64,000 bases of DNA from NCBI GenBank assembly GCA_946402315.1, contig CAMIWC010000001.1, positions 28,508-92,507 on the forward strand, written 5' to 3'. The stretch is from an uncultured Clostridium sp. Its GTDB lineage: Bacteria; Bacillota_I; Bacilli_A; RF39; UBA660. The translations under genes and the position numbers were made by a program. Within the stretch, counting starts at the first letter, position 1, and every line of letters begins with the position of its first letter. Below, piece after piece: positions 31,588 to 42,300 of the stretch. A model generated the notes under the pieces. The model was not told the origin of the DNA. It did no database searches and saw only the letters and a list, made by a program, of their open reading frames with translations.

Positions 31588-32394
31588 TTACAAACTAGGA
31601 TTATATTTAGTGTTATATAAATCATCTAATATAGATTTTCTTAATTTATATACAAATAATAGTATACCAACTACTACCATTAAAGCAGATACTATTTGAG
31701 CTACTCTAAAACTACCTAACATTAAGCTATCAGTTCTTTTGGATTCAATAATAAATCTACCTATACCATACCAAATCATATATAAAGCTGTTAATTGTCC
31801 TACTTTGATATATCTAAATCTTTTAACAATAGTAAGAATTATAAAACCAATAACACATAATATAGATTCATATAAGAATAATGGTTCATAATATACTCCA
31901 CCAATCTTCATACCATTAATAACAAATTCTGGTATATGCATATTTTGTAGATATTCAAGAGTAACTATTCCTCCATGAGCTTCTTGGTTAAAGAAATTGC
32001 CCCATCTACCTACTGCTTGTCCTAGGATTAACCCTAATACAATAATATCTATTGTTTTTAACCAGTTCATCTTATATTTATGACAATAATATAGAACAAA
32101 TAATCCTCCACCTATTATTCCACCATGAATAGCAAGTCCACCATTCCATACTTCAAATATTTCTATAAAATGTTGTTGGTAGTAAGACCAGTTAAATAAA
32201 ACATAGTATAATCTAGCACCAATAATTGCTGAGATAACACCCCAGAACATTAAGTTAACAAATTTATCTTCATCCATTTTTTGTCTTCTACATTCAAGCA
32301 TCATAATAGTACTTCCTACAAGAAGAGCAAGCGCTATCATTATTGAGTACCAATAGATTTGAATAAATCCTAAATCTAAAGCAATTCTACTCAT
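31588..32394 (-). CDS. lgt: Prolipoprotein diacylglyceryl transferase
   Basis: GFIQIYWYSIMIALALLVG, HGGIIGG and the Lgt signature GRWGNFFNQEAHG. Confidence 0.85.
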   Translation of the reverse strand: MSRIALDLGFIQIYWYSIMIALALLVGSTIMMLECRRQKMDEDKFVNLMFWGVISAIIGARLYYVLFNWSYYQQHFIEIFEVWNGGLAIHGGIIGGGLFVLYYCHKYKMNWLKTIDIIVLGLILGQAVGRWGNFFNQEAHGGIVTLEYLQNMHIPEFVINGMKIGGVYYEPLFLYESILCVIGFIILTIVKRFRYIKVGQLTALYMIWYGIGRFIIESKRTDSLMLGSFRVAQIVSALMVVVGILLFVYKLRKSILDDLYNTKYNPSL

Positions 32395-32405
32395 ATAATC
32401 ATCTC

Positions 32406-32837
32406 CTAAGACATCTTTTTAATCTTTTTTTCTACAGGTTTTATAAATATATCATTTGCAATAAAGTTTAATACTGAGAATACTATAGATATAAAGAATA
32501 AGATTGGTAATGATTCAAATTTAATTTTACCTAACATTACCCATTCTACTATCTTTAATATAAACATATTTATTACGAAGTAAAATAATCCTAAAGTAAT
32601 AGCAGTTAAAGGAATAGTTAATTTTACTAAAACTGGTTTAACTGTCTTATTAAGCAATGATATTAATATTACTGCTATAGCAGAATAAATAAATATATGA
32701 TTATGATCTATTACAAAAGAATCAAACATTGCATTTACTAATAAAAACACTCCGGTATAAACAATTAAGTTAACGATAAAGATTAATATTTCCGTAACTA
32801 TATTATCTTTCTTTTTCTTATTTTTCTTTTTAGCCAT
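32406..32837 (-). CDS. YvlD-like / Phage_holin_4_2 family four-TM membrane protein
   Basis: 143 aa with four predicted TM helices and a K-rich N-terminus. The architecture and its position beside lgt resemble the Bacillus yvlD neighbourhood. Confidence 0.4.
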   Translation of the reverse strand: MAKKKNKKKKDNIVTEILIFIVNLIVYTGVFLLVNAMFDSFVIDHNHIFIYSAIAVILISLLNKTVKPVLVKLTIPLTAITLGLFYFVINMFILKIVEWVMLGKIKFESLPILFFISIVFSVLNFIANDIFIKPVEKKIKKMS

Positions 32838-32838
32838 A

Positions 32839-35646
32839 TTACATCACTTTCTTTAAATACTCTCCTGTATAAGAGTTTTTATTTTTAATTATTTCTTCAG
32901 GAGTACCACAGGCTACAACAGTACCTCCACCATCTCCACCTTCAGGTCCTAAATCAATAATATAATCTGCAGTTTTTATCATATCTAAGTTATGTTCTAT
33001 TACTATTACTGTATCTTTATTATCTACTATTTTATTAATTATTGCAAGAAGCTTCTTGATGTCATCTATATGAAGTCCAGTAGTAGGTTCATCCATAATA
33101 AATAGAGTTTTACCCGTAGCTTTCTTTTGTAATTCTTTAGCAAGTTTAACCCTTCCAGCTTCACCACCAGAAAGGGTAGTAGCACTTTGTCCAAGTTTAA
33201 CATAACCAAGTCCAACATCTTCCATAACTTGAAGAGCATTTTTAATTTTAGGTATTGCATCAAAGAATTTTAAAGCTTCACTAACACGCATATCAAGTAC
33301 TTCAGCAATATTCTTATCTTTATATTTAATATTTAGAGTCTCGCTATTATAACGAGTACCATGACATACTTCACAAGGAATATATACATCTGGTAAGAAA
33401 TGCATTTCTATTCTTTTTACTCCGTCCCCACGACAAGCTTCGCAACGTCCACCTTTAACGTTGAATGAGAATCTATTTTTACCATATCCGTACATCTTAG
33501 CATCTTTTGTAGTAGTAAATAAATCTCTAATATCATCAAAGACACCAACGTAAGTAGCTGGATTACTTCTTGGAGTACGACCAATAGGATTTTGAGTAAT
33601 CTCTACAATCTTATCTATATTTTTAAGTCCATCTATCTTTTTATTTTTACCAATATGAACTTTACTCTTATAAACATATTCACGAGCAGCTGGTGCAAGA
33701 GTAGACATAATTAAACTACTTTTACCTGAACCAGATACTCCAGTTACACAAGTAAATGTTCCAAGAGGAATAGATACATCAATATTCTTTAAGTTGTTTT
33801 CAGCGGCCCCTATAATATCTATCTTCTTACCAATACCTTTTCTACGTTTTTTAGGTACATCTATTTTTAATTTTCCACTTAAATATTGTCCTGTAATACT
33901 ATTTGGATTTTTCATTACTTCTTCTGGTGTTCCACAAGCAACTATTTCTCCACCATCGTCTCCTGCATGAGGTCCAATATCAACTAAATAATCACAAGCC
34001 ATCATTGTATCACTGTCATGTTCAACAACAATTAATGTATTACCTAAGTCTCTCATTTCTTTTAAAGTATTAATTAACTTATTATTATCTCTTTGATGAA
34101 GTCCAATAGATGGTTCATCTAGTACATATAAAACTCCAGTTAATCTTGATCCTACTTGAGTAGCAAGTCTAATTCTTTGACTTTCTCCACCAGACAATGT
34201 ACCAGCCATACGACTAAGAGTTAAATATTCAAGACCAACATTAGTTAAGAAAGTTAATCTGTTTTTAATTTCTTGTAAAAGAAGTTTTGCAATTTGTTCT
34301 TGAGACTCAGTAAGTTTTAAATTATTTAAGAATTCTAATAAATCTTTAATACTCATTTGTGTCATTTCATAAATATTTTTCTTACCTACTTTAACAGATA
34401 AAACAAAGTCTGCAAGTCTAGCTCCATGACAAGTTTCACATTCTTGTTCCATCATGTAATTCTCAAGCCAATCTCTAATCCATTCACTAGATGTTTCCAT
34501 ATATCTTCTTTGTAAGTTATTAATAATACCTTCATAATAGTCTTTTGTATTATATTGATTACCACTCTTACTATTATATTTAAAGTTAATAACTTCATCG
34601 CTTCCATAAAGAATCATTTGTTGTTGATATTTAGTTAATTTATGGAAAGGTTTATCTAAATCTACTTTGTAATGCTTACATACACATTCAAACTTTTTAA
34701 AATCTAAACTATCTTTATCATCATTTAATGTTTTAATACATCCTTCATTAATAGATAAAGTTCTATCAGGAATAACTAAATTCTCATCAATTGTAAGTTT
34801 AATACCTAATCCATTACAATCAGGACAAGCTCCAAAAGGTGCATTAAAACTAAACATTCTAGGTTCAAGTTCAGGAATAGAGAAATCACAATGAGGACAA
34901 GCAAAAGCTTCACTAAATAATATTTCTTTATCTCCGACAATCTCTACGATTACTTTTCCTTTAGATAATTTAGTAGCAGTTTCTATAGAATCAAATAATC
35001 TAGTTCTAATTCCATCTTTAATAATTAATCTATCTATAATTACATCAATATCATCTTTTTTATTCTTTTCTAATGTAATATCTTCTATTAAATCTCTTTG
35101 TTCTCCATTAACTCTAACACGACTATATCCATCAGCTTTTAATTTTTCAAAAAGATCTTTATGTTCTCCTTTTTCTCCATGAACAACTGGACTCATAATA
35201 ACAAGTTTAGTACCTTCTGGATACTCAAGTACTTTATTAACTATTTCATCAATACTTTGACTAGAAATAGGAATATTATGATTAGGACAATAAGGCACTC
35301 CAATTCTAGCATATAAAAGTCTTAAGTAATCATATATTTCAGTAACAGTACCAACAGTAGAACGAGGATTCTTATTAGTAGTTTTTTGATCAATACTTAT
35401 AGCAGGACTTAATCCTTCAATAGAATCAACATCAGGTTTTTCTGTACCACCTAAAAATTGTCTAGCATATGCATTAAGACTTTCTACATATCTTCTTTGT
35501 CCTTCTGCATAAATAGTATCAAATGCTAAACTACTCTTTCCTGAACCAGATACACCTGTCATAACTATAAATTTATTCTTAGGTAGAGTTAAATTAATGT
35601 TTTTTAAGTTATTTTCTCTTGCACCCTTAATAATAATCTCATCCAT
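32839..35646 (-). CDS. uvrA: Excinuclease ABC subunit A
   Basis: 935 aa. Two ABC ATPase modules (GVSGSGKSSL, repeated) and zinc-finger Cys clusters (CPHCDFS..., CEACRGDG). Confidence 0.97.
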   Translation of the reverse strand: MDEIIIKGARENNLKNINLTLPKNKFIVMTGVSGSGKSSLAFDTIYAEGQRRYVESLNAYARQFLGGTEKPDVDSIEGLSPAISIDQKTTNKNPRSTVGTVTEIYDYLRLLYARIGVPYCPNHNIPISSQSIDEIVNKVLEYPEGTKLVIMSPVVHGEKGEHKDLFEKLKADGYSRVRVNGEQRDLIEDITLEKNKKDDIDVIIDRLIIKDGIRTRLFDSIETATKLSKGKVIVEIVGDKEILFSEAFACPHCDFSIPELEPRMFSFNAPFGACPDCNGLGIKLTIDENLVIPDRTLSINEGCIKTLNDDKDSLDFKKFECVCKHYKVDLDKPFHKLTKYQQQMILYGSDEVINFKYNSKSGNQYNTKDYYEGIINNLQRRYMETSSEWIRDWLENYMMEQECETCHGARLADFVLSVKVGKKNIYEMTQMSIKDLLEFLNNLKLTESQEQIAKLLLQEIKNRLTFLTNVGLEYLTLSRMAGTLSGGESQRIRLATQVGSRLTGVLYVLDEPSIGLHQRDNNKLINTLKEMRDLGNTLIVVEHDSDTMMACDYLVDIGPHAGDDGGEIVACGTPEEVMKNPNSITGQYLSGKLKIDVPKKRRKGIGKKIDIIGAAENNLKNIDVSIPLGTFTCVTGVSGSGKSSLIMSTLAPAAREYVYKSKVHIGKNKKIDGLKNIDKIVEITQNPIGRTPRSNPATYVGVFDDIRDLFTTTKDAKMYGYGKNRFSFNVKGGRCEACRGDGVKRIEMHFLPDVYIPCEVCHGTRYNSETLNIKYKDKNIAEVLDMRVSEALKFFDAIPKIKNALQVMEDVGLGYVKLGQSATTLSGGEAGRVKLAKELQKKATGKTLFIMDEPTTGLHIDDIKKLLAIINKIVDNKDTVIVIEHNLDMIKTADYIIDLGPEGGDGGGTVVACGTPEEIIKNKNSYTGEYLKKVM

Positions 35647-35711
35647 AGTTCCACCTCAAATCAGTAATATGATACCACAAATATTAAAAAAAGAACATTA
35701 TTAAAAGGAGC

Positions 35712-36143
35712 CTAATGCTCCTCCTTTATTGCTTCTTTCAAAATTTTCATTGGTGTCATATGATATTTTATCAAAGTTATTGGTGTTAAAAATATTATTA
35801 GTATTATCCCAAAAAACCATTCTACTTTTTCTTTCATGCTTACTGATCCCCTTTGTATATTTCTATTGCTTTCTCTGTTATTTGATTTGCTGTTAGATTT
35901 TTGTTCTTGACTAGAAATTCTATCATTGTTGCTTGTTGTTCTACTGTTCTTAACATTAGTATTATACCAGTTTGTGATTCCTTTGGCATCCCATTGTCCT
36001 GCAATAATACTATTAAGATTTCTTCTAACTCTGTCATAATTTATTTCTCCTTTTTGTAAAGCATTTACTAATTCAGTATTTGTTCCTGCTTTTATTTTTA
36101 TTATTGGTTTTATCTTGCCATCATAAACTTTGCTTATATACAC
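35712..36143 (-). CDS. Hypothetical tail-anchored protein with an S/N-rich low-complexity middle (GTG start)
   Basis: 143 aa. The start is GTG with a weak RBS. The C-terminal TM is FFGIILIIFLTPITLI. The S/N-rich segment is SRTTSNNDRISSQEQKSNSKSNNRESNRN. No Cys residues. A terminator-like hairpin GGAGCAUUAGGCUCC plus U-run overlaps the stop. Confidence 0.4.
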   Translation of the reverse strand: MYISKVYDGKIKPIIKIKAGTNTELVNALQKGEINYDRVRRNLNSIIAGQWDAKGITNWYNTNVKNSRTTSNNDRISSQEQKSNSKSNNRESNRNIQRGSVSMKEKVEWFFGIILIIFLTPITLIKYHMTPMKILKEAIKEEH

Positions 36144-36451
36144 ATTATTAGCTGTTCTTAAAGCAAAAACACCTTCTTGCTCATAATTATATGCTATTTC
36201 ATTATTTACAGTTTTATATTTTTAATTAATCTTATTTTTTGACATTATTTATTTAATCTAGTATAATTACCGCAAATGGAGCAACTTTAGATGAATTGTT
36301 ATTAGCAATTCTTGTTGGTTCATTTTCAAGTGAAACAAGCTTGGCCTATGAGCCGTTTAATTTGCTTGTTTCCTTTTATAGAACCAGTTTGGTTTTGTGA
36401 CACAGGCAATGATAGCCCAAGCTCACTTAACCATTTTCTGGTTCTATTTTT

Positions 36452-37285
36452 TTATTTAAACTTATTCTTGTATGTACATTTCTTACATAATGGATGATAA
36501 GCTTTATTGTTTTTAAAGTTATCTATTATGTTTTTAGTTAGTTCTTTAGTTAATATTTCATCCACAGTTTCTGTGAATATATTACCTAGATTTATTATTC
36601 CTTCTCCGTCTAGACAACACGGTATAACTGTTCCATCTACTAATATTCCTATATGTGTATCTAATCCCAAACAGAAACCATCACTTGATTCATTATTATC
36701 TAGTTCTGGCCAATCAAAGATATTAGATTTACTTAAGAATATATTTTTAGATATAGTTATATCTTTATCACTATATATTTTATTAACAATATCTGGGGAT
36801 AAATTATAGTAAAAAATAATTTTATTAACAATGTCTGTGGATTTTTTTGAAAACTTATTATTTTTTAAAGTCCAAATACGATAACAAATATAAGTATTCT
36901 TAGATAAATCATTACAAGTATTAAATACATCTTCAAAGTATGTAGGTATATCATTTTCTGAATGAAGAGATATATTTATTTGACGAATATTATGTTTAAG
37001 TAACATTTCTTTTTTATTTTTTAAAAGAGTTCCATTTGTTGTAATTTGTACTTTTATATTTTCTTTATCACAAATAGATAGTATTTCATCTAGGTTTGGA
37101 TGAAGTAGAGGTTCTCCTTTAACATGTAGATAAATATAATCAGTATAATCTTTTATTTTATCTATTACATCTTTAAAATTATTTGGACTCATATATTCTA
37201 TTTTTCTTTTTGTTTTAGGACAAAAACTACAAGATAGATTACAAGCATTAGTTATTTCTATATATATCTTTTTAAACTTTTTCAT
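36452..37285 (-). CDS. Short radical SAM enzyme with a C-terminal SPASM/twitch auxiliary-cluster domain
   Basis: The CNLSCSFCP radical SAM triad at aa 15-22. GEPLLHP and ITTNGTLL core motifs. The C-terminal block VDGTVIPCCLDGEGIINLGNIFTETVDEIL...CKKC matches the SPASM consensus (DG.v.PC...lGN....sl.eiw). The start codon overlaps the uvrB stop. Confidence 0.8.
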   Translation of the reverse strand: MKKFKKIYIEITNACNLSCSFCPKTKRKIEYMSPNNFKDVIDKIKDYTDYIYLHVKGEPLLHPNLDEILSICDKENIKVQITTNGTLLKNKKEMLLKHNIRQINISLHSENDIPTYFEDVFNTCNDLSKNTYICYRIWTLKNNKFSKKSTDIVNKIIFYYNLSPDIVNKIYSDKDITISKNIFLSKSNIFDWPELDNNESSDGFCLGLDTHIGILVDGTVIPCCLDGEGIINLGNIFTETVDEILTKELTKNIIDNFKNNKAYHPLCKKCTYKNKFK

Positions 37286-39234
37286 TATTCACTCTTCATT
37301 TCGAATAAGATATCTCTTATTTCCATAGCTCTTTCAAAATCTAAGTTACGAGCAGCTTCTCTCATTTCTTGTTCTAATGCTTCAATAGTCTTTTCTCTTT
37401 CTAACTTAGTTTGTTTCTTAGGTTTATCACTAGAAGTTTCATCTATATTAGAAATTAGATCTCTAATTTCTTTAATAATAGTTTTAGGTACAATTCCATG
37501 TTCATTATTATATGCTTCTTGTATAGTACGACGTCTTTGAGTTTCATTTATTGCAGCCTTCATTGAATCAGTCATATTATCAGCATACATGATACATTTA
37601 CCATGTTCGTTTCTTGCACATCTACCAATAGTTTGAATTAAACTTCTTTCACTTCTTAAGAATCCTTCTTTATCTGCATCTAGTATGGCAATTAAACTTA
37701 CTTCTGGTATATCTAATCCTTCACGTAATAGGTTAATTCCTACAATACAATCATATTTACCTAAACGAAGATCTCTAATAGTTCTCATACGTTCTAATGT
37801 TTTAACTTCTGAATGAAGGTACGCTACTTTTATATCTAATTCTTTTAAGTAGTTAGTTAATTCTTCTGCCATATGAATAGTAAGTGTTGTAATAAGAGTT
37901 CTTTCATTTCTTTTAATTCTTTCTCTAACTTCTCCTACTAAATCATCTATTTGACCAGTACTTTTTCTTACCTCTATTATTGGATCTAAAAGTCCAGTTG
38001 GTCTTATTAATTGTTCTACGAACTTGTTATTAGTTTTTTCAAGTTCATAATCTCCAGGAGTAGCGGATACATAAATCGCTTGGTTTACTTTAGACTCAAA
38101 TTCTTCAAATTTAAGTGGTCTATTGTCTAACGCACTAGGAAGTCTAAATCCATATTCAACTAGATTCATTTTTCTAGCTCTATCACCATTATACATTCCT
38201 CTAACTTGTGGAAGTGTTACGTGTGATTCATCTACAATTAATAAGTAATCCTTTGGGAAGAAGTCCATAAGAGTTGTTGGAGTTTCGCCTTCTTTTCTAC
38301 CCGCAAGTGGTCTTGAATAGTTTTCTATTCCTGTACAGAATCCTGTTGCTTTTAACATTTCTAAATCATATTTAGTTCTTTGTTCAATACGTTCTGCTTC
38401 AAGTAGTTTATTATTATCTTTAAAGTATTTAATTCTTTCTTCTAACTCATCTTCAATTCTTGTTATTGCAGCTTGTAGTTTTTCATCTCCTACTACAAAG
38501 TGACTTGCCGGGAAAAGAGATATACTTTTTTTATTAACTTTTATAGTTCCTGTTAATGTATCTATTTCACTGATACGATCTATTTCGTCCCCAAAAAATT
38601 CTATACGATATCCATTACTATATTCACTAGCTGGTATAACCTCTAAAACATCTCCTCTTACTCTAAATGTTCCTCTTTTAAAATCAATATCATTTCTTTC
38701 ATATAACATATCTACTAACTTATTCATGACATAGTCTCTTTCTACGTTATCTCCTACATTTAAAGTAAGCATATGTTTTTCATATTCTTCTCTGTCCCCT
38801 AATCCATAGATACAAGAAACGGAAGCGACAACAATTACATCTCTACTTGAAATAAGAGCACTTGTTGCAGCATGTCTTAGTTCATCTATTTCATCGTTTA
38901 TAGATGCATCTTTTTCTATATATGTATCAGTTTGAGGTACATAGGCTTCTGGTTGGTAATAGTCGTAGTAACTTACAAAGTAACAAACATGATTATTAGG
39001 AAATAGTTCTTTAAATTCTGAATATAATTGTCCAGCTAAAGTCTTGTTGTGAGCTAGTACAAGTGTTGGTTTATTAACTTCTTTAATAACATTAGCCATT
39101 GTAAAAGTTTTTCCTGAACCAGTTACTCCTAAAAGAACTTGTGCTTTCTTTCCTTCATTTAATCCATCAACTAAACTTTTAATAGCTTCTGGTTGATCTC
39201 CTGATGGTTTGTAACTTGATACTAATTCGAACAT
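37285..39234 (-). CDS. uvrB: Excinuclease ABC subunit B
   Basis: 649 aa. [10 protein letters not shown] Walker A, helicase motifs and a C-terminal UvrB/UvrC-interaction motif. Confidence 0.97.
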   Translation of the reverse strand: MFELVSSYKPSGDQPEAIKSLVDGLNEGKKAQVLLGVTGSGKTFTMANVIKEVNKPTLVLAHNKTLAGQLYSEFKELFPNNHVCYFVSYYDYYQPEAYVPQTDTYIEKDASINDEIDELRHAATSALISSRDVIVVASVSCIYGLGDREEYEKHMLTLNVGDNVERDYVMNKLVDMLYERNDIDFKRGTFRVRGDVLEVIPASEYSNGYRIEFFGDEIDRISEIDTLTGTIKVNKKSISLFPASHFVVGDEKLQAAITRIEDELEERIKYFKDNNKLLEAERIEQRTKYDLEMLKATGFCTGIENYSRPLAGRKEGETPTTLMDFFPKDYLLIVDESHVTLPQVRGMYNGDRARKMNLVEYGFRLPSALDNRPLKFEEFESKVNQAIYVSATPGDYELEKTNNKFVEQLIRPTGLLDPIIEVRKSTGQIDDLVGEVRERIKRNERTLITTLTIHMAEELTNYLKELDIKVAYLHSEVKTLERMRTIRDLRLGKYDCIVGINLLREGLDIPEVSLIAILDADKEGFLRSERSLIQTIGRCARNEHGKCIMYADNMTDSMKAAINETQRRRTIQEAYNNEHGIVPKTIIKEIRDLISNIDETSSDKPKKQTKLEREKTIEALEQEMREAARNLDFERAMEIRDILFEMKSE

Positions 39235-39307
39235 ATTATCACCTCATTTCTCTTGTATTATACTACAAAAAAAGACTTAAACAAATTGTTTAAATCTTTT
39301 ATATTTT

Positions 39308-42300
39308 TTATTGTTTAAATTTTATAAATGCTACTACTCCACCAATTATCGCAGTTGATCCAAAAGCAACTACAGCTATTGTTATATACTTTGCTGTTTT
39401 AGATTGTTCTTTCTTTTTCTTCTTTTCTTTTTTCTTAGTTGTTTCTTCTTCCACTTCTTCTTCAGTTGGTTCTTCTGCCTCTACAGGATCTTCTGGATCA
39501 GTAGGAGTTGGATCTGTTGGTTTACTTGGATCTGTTGGCGTTGTAGGAGTCGTTGGTGTTGTCGGCTTAGAAGGATCAGTTGGTGTCGTTGGCGTTGTTG
39601 GTTTAGGAGGTTCAACTACTGTTTCCTCTTCCTCATCATCATCTTCTTCATCTTCTTTTCCTTCATCTATAGGTTCTTTTTTACTTACATATACTTTAGC
39701 AGTAGCAGTTTTTCCACCATCCTCTGTCTTAGCAGTTATAGTAGTCATCCCTTCTCCTTTAGTTGTAACCTTACCATTTTGATCTACGGTTGCTACTTTA
39801 GTACTTGCGCTACTCCAAATAACCTTTTTATTAGTTGCAGTTGTTGGAGTAATTGTTGCTATAAAGGAATATGTTTCTCCCATTTCTAATGATACTTCAC
39901 TTATATTTAAAGAAATAGATTTTACTTTTATTGGTTTTACTTCTACCGCTACTGTTGCTGTTTTACCTCCATCATTAGTTGTAACTTTTACATTAGTAGT
40001 ACCTACACCTATACCAGTAATTAATCCATCATTATCTACTGTCGCAACACTAGAATCATCACTAGTAAATACTACTCCCTTATTAGTTGCATTTGATGGT
40101 TTAACTGTAGCTGTTACTTTTTCTGTTTGACCTATATCAATACTAATTGCTGTTTTATTTAATGTAACTCCTGTTACTGCTACTGTAGGTGTTACTACTG
40201 TAACTTCTACTGAAGCTGTTTTACCTCCATCTGTAGTTGTTACAGTTATAGTAGCTGTTCCATTCTTAACAGCTGTAATCTTTCCATTTTCATCTACTTT
40301 AGCTACTGTATTATCACTACTAGACCAAGAAACACTTTGATCTGATGCGGTTTCTGGTAATACAGTTGCTTTTACTGTTTCATATCTACCTTTATTAATA
40401 GTAGTTTTACTTTTTGAAAGTTTTACTCCTGTTACTGGAGTTTTAACTGTTATTTTAGCAGTTGCTTTCTTACCAGTATCATTAGTTTTAGCTGTAATAG
40501 TAACTGTACCATTACTTATACCCTTTACTTTTCCATTACTATCTACAGTTGCAATCTTTTTATCACTACTAGACCAAATAACGGTTTTATCATCAGCATT
40601 ATCAGGTGTAACAGTTGCTTTTAAAGTAACAGTCTTTCCGACATTTACTTTAGCACTTGTCTTATCTATTTTTATTCCTGTAGTATATACTGGTTTATAT
40701 TGAGTCATATTAGTAGTATCTATTACTTTAATATATCCATCTTTATCAGCTCCTGCAGCAGTTTTAACACTATCTATATTAGGGCCAAATTTAACACTAA
40801 TTTTAATATTATTACTCTTATTAAAATTTAGTTTTTTTAATGCATTAAGTACTTTTGTATCTGTAATATTATATAAAGAGAAATTAGTAGTTTGATATGG
40901 ATAAATATAATACTTAATACCATTTATTTCAAATCTTACAGTATCTATTAAATAGTTTGTAAATATTCTTCCTTTTAATGTCTTAGTTTTAGCTAAGTAA
41001 TTATATAATTCTTGATTCTTATTATCGTATTCTTTATCTAGTACAAATTTTGCTACTGGTTTCTCTACTTCTTTTTTAGCAAGATGATTACTTATTTCTT
41101 TATATCTAAATCCTACATATAATTTATTAGTTTTTATTAAATCAGAGAAATAATAAATAACATTTATATGGAATGAAGACAATCTTTTCTTTGAAGTATC
41201 ATATAGATCATCTACTGAAGTTAAATCAGTTAATTTTGGATTTAAAGTATATTTCCATCCAGTTTTATTTGCGGTTACACGTTCTTTAGTACTATTATAT
41301 TTTTTAGTAGGGAATCCTCCTACTTCTGTAATAATTACATAACTCTTCTTAGCATTGATACCACCATAATCATCGCAGAATCCTTTTTTGTATTTATTAG
41401 TTGTTAATACTTTTCCATCTTTCTTATTATTACATTGTACATGAGAATACCCTGTTACCATTCTTACATGTCCTTGTGAGACAAGAAAATCTCCTGGAAT
41501 TAATAATCCATAATTCTCATAAAATTCTGTTTTATCATATGTATCTTTTAAATAGTTATCATAATATTGTTTATATAGATCAACAGTCATTATTTGATCT
41601 TTTTTAAGAATACCTTTTTCTCTTAGATATTTCTCTACTTTATCAGCAGTAATCTTCATCTTATTATTAACTATTTGAACAAATCCATTAGAATAATACT
41701 TGTTTGAATAAGCTAATGAACTAATTGTAGGTATTTCTCTTCCTGCCGCTAAATAAGTAGAAGAAGAACAATCTAGTCCCAACATATATCCAGGATTGTT
41801 TAGAACAAAATCTAATGATGCATTATTTAATTCTTGTCCTCTAGTAATAGTTAAATCATCATCTTTATCTTTATTTGTTTCATAAGCATATAAAACATTA
41901 TTTTTAATCTTATCTCCAGCTTTTATAGTTTTTCCTTTTCTAGTAGTTGTATCAGTTAAATATACAGAAGATAATTCATAAGTAAAATAAGATGTATCAT
42001 TCTTTTTAGCATCACTAACATTATTTACTTTTCCATGATGAGTAAATTGACTTATAGTAGTATTTACTGAGTTAACATATGGAATACCATATAGATTAGT
42101 TTTACTAGGATTTAATAGATTAGGACTTGATGAATAATGGTGATAGAAGTGTAGTTTAGTAGTACCTCCTAGATTCCATTTAACAGTAGCATTTTCTAAC
42201 ATATTATTAACTACATTATGTCTAATTATATTAGATGCACTTTCAACAGTAACATATTTTTTACCATTATCATATTTACTATATCCATCTACTGAAATAT

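Noticed and set aside
35647-35711. Hairpin GGAGCAUUAGGCUCC plus U-run between the S/N-rich protein gene and uvrA, considered as evidence that uvrA is transcriptionally separated
   Set aside because: The stem is only 6 bp and overlaps the stop codon. It could equally be a weak attenuator, so no separate terminator feature was asserted. It is mentioned in the CDS evidence.
36312-36497. 61-aa plus-strand ORF in the rSAM / S/N-rich gene spacer
   Set aside because: No RBS. It runs through the two hairpins and into the radical SAM coding region on the opposite strand. More likely structured RNA than protein.
39490-39615. Short periodic DNA repeats that could superficially resemble a CRISPR-like array
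   Set aside because: The units are imperfect, lack spacer/repeat alternation and encode the PTTPT linker in frame. No cas genes in the window.
39404-39889. 161-aa plus-strand ORF (MFFLFLLFFFLSCFFF...)
   Set aside because: It is antisense to the Pro/Thr/Glu-rich linker of the large surface protein. Its low-complexity F/C/R/W composition is an artefact of reading the repeat on the opposite strand. No RBS.
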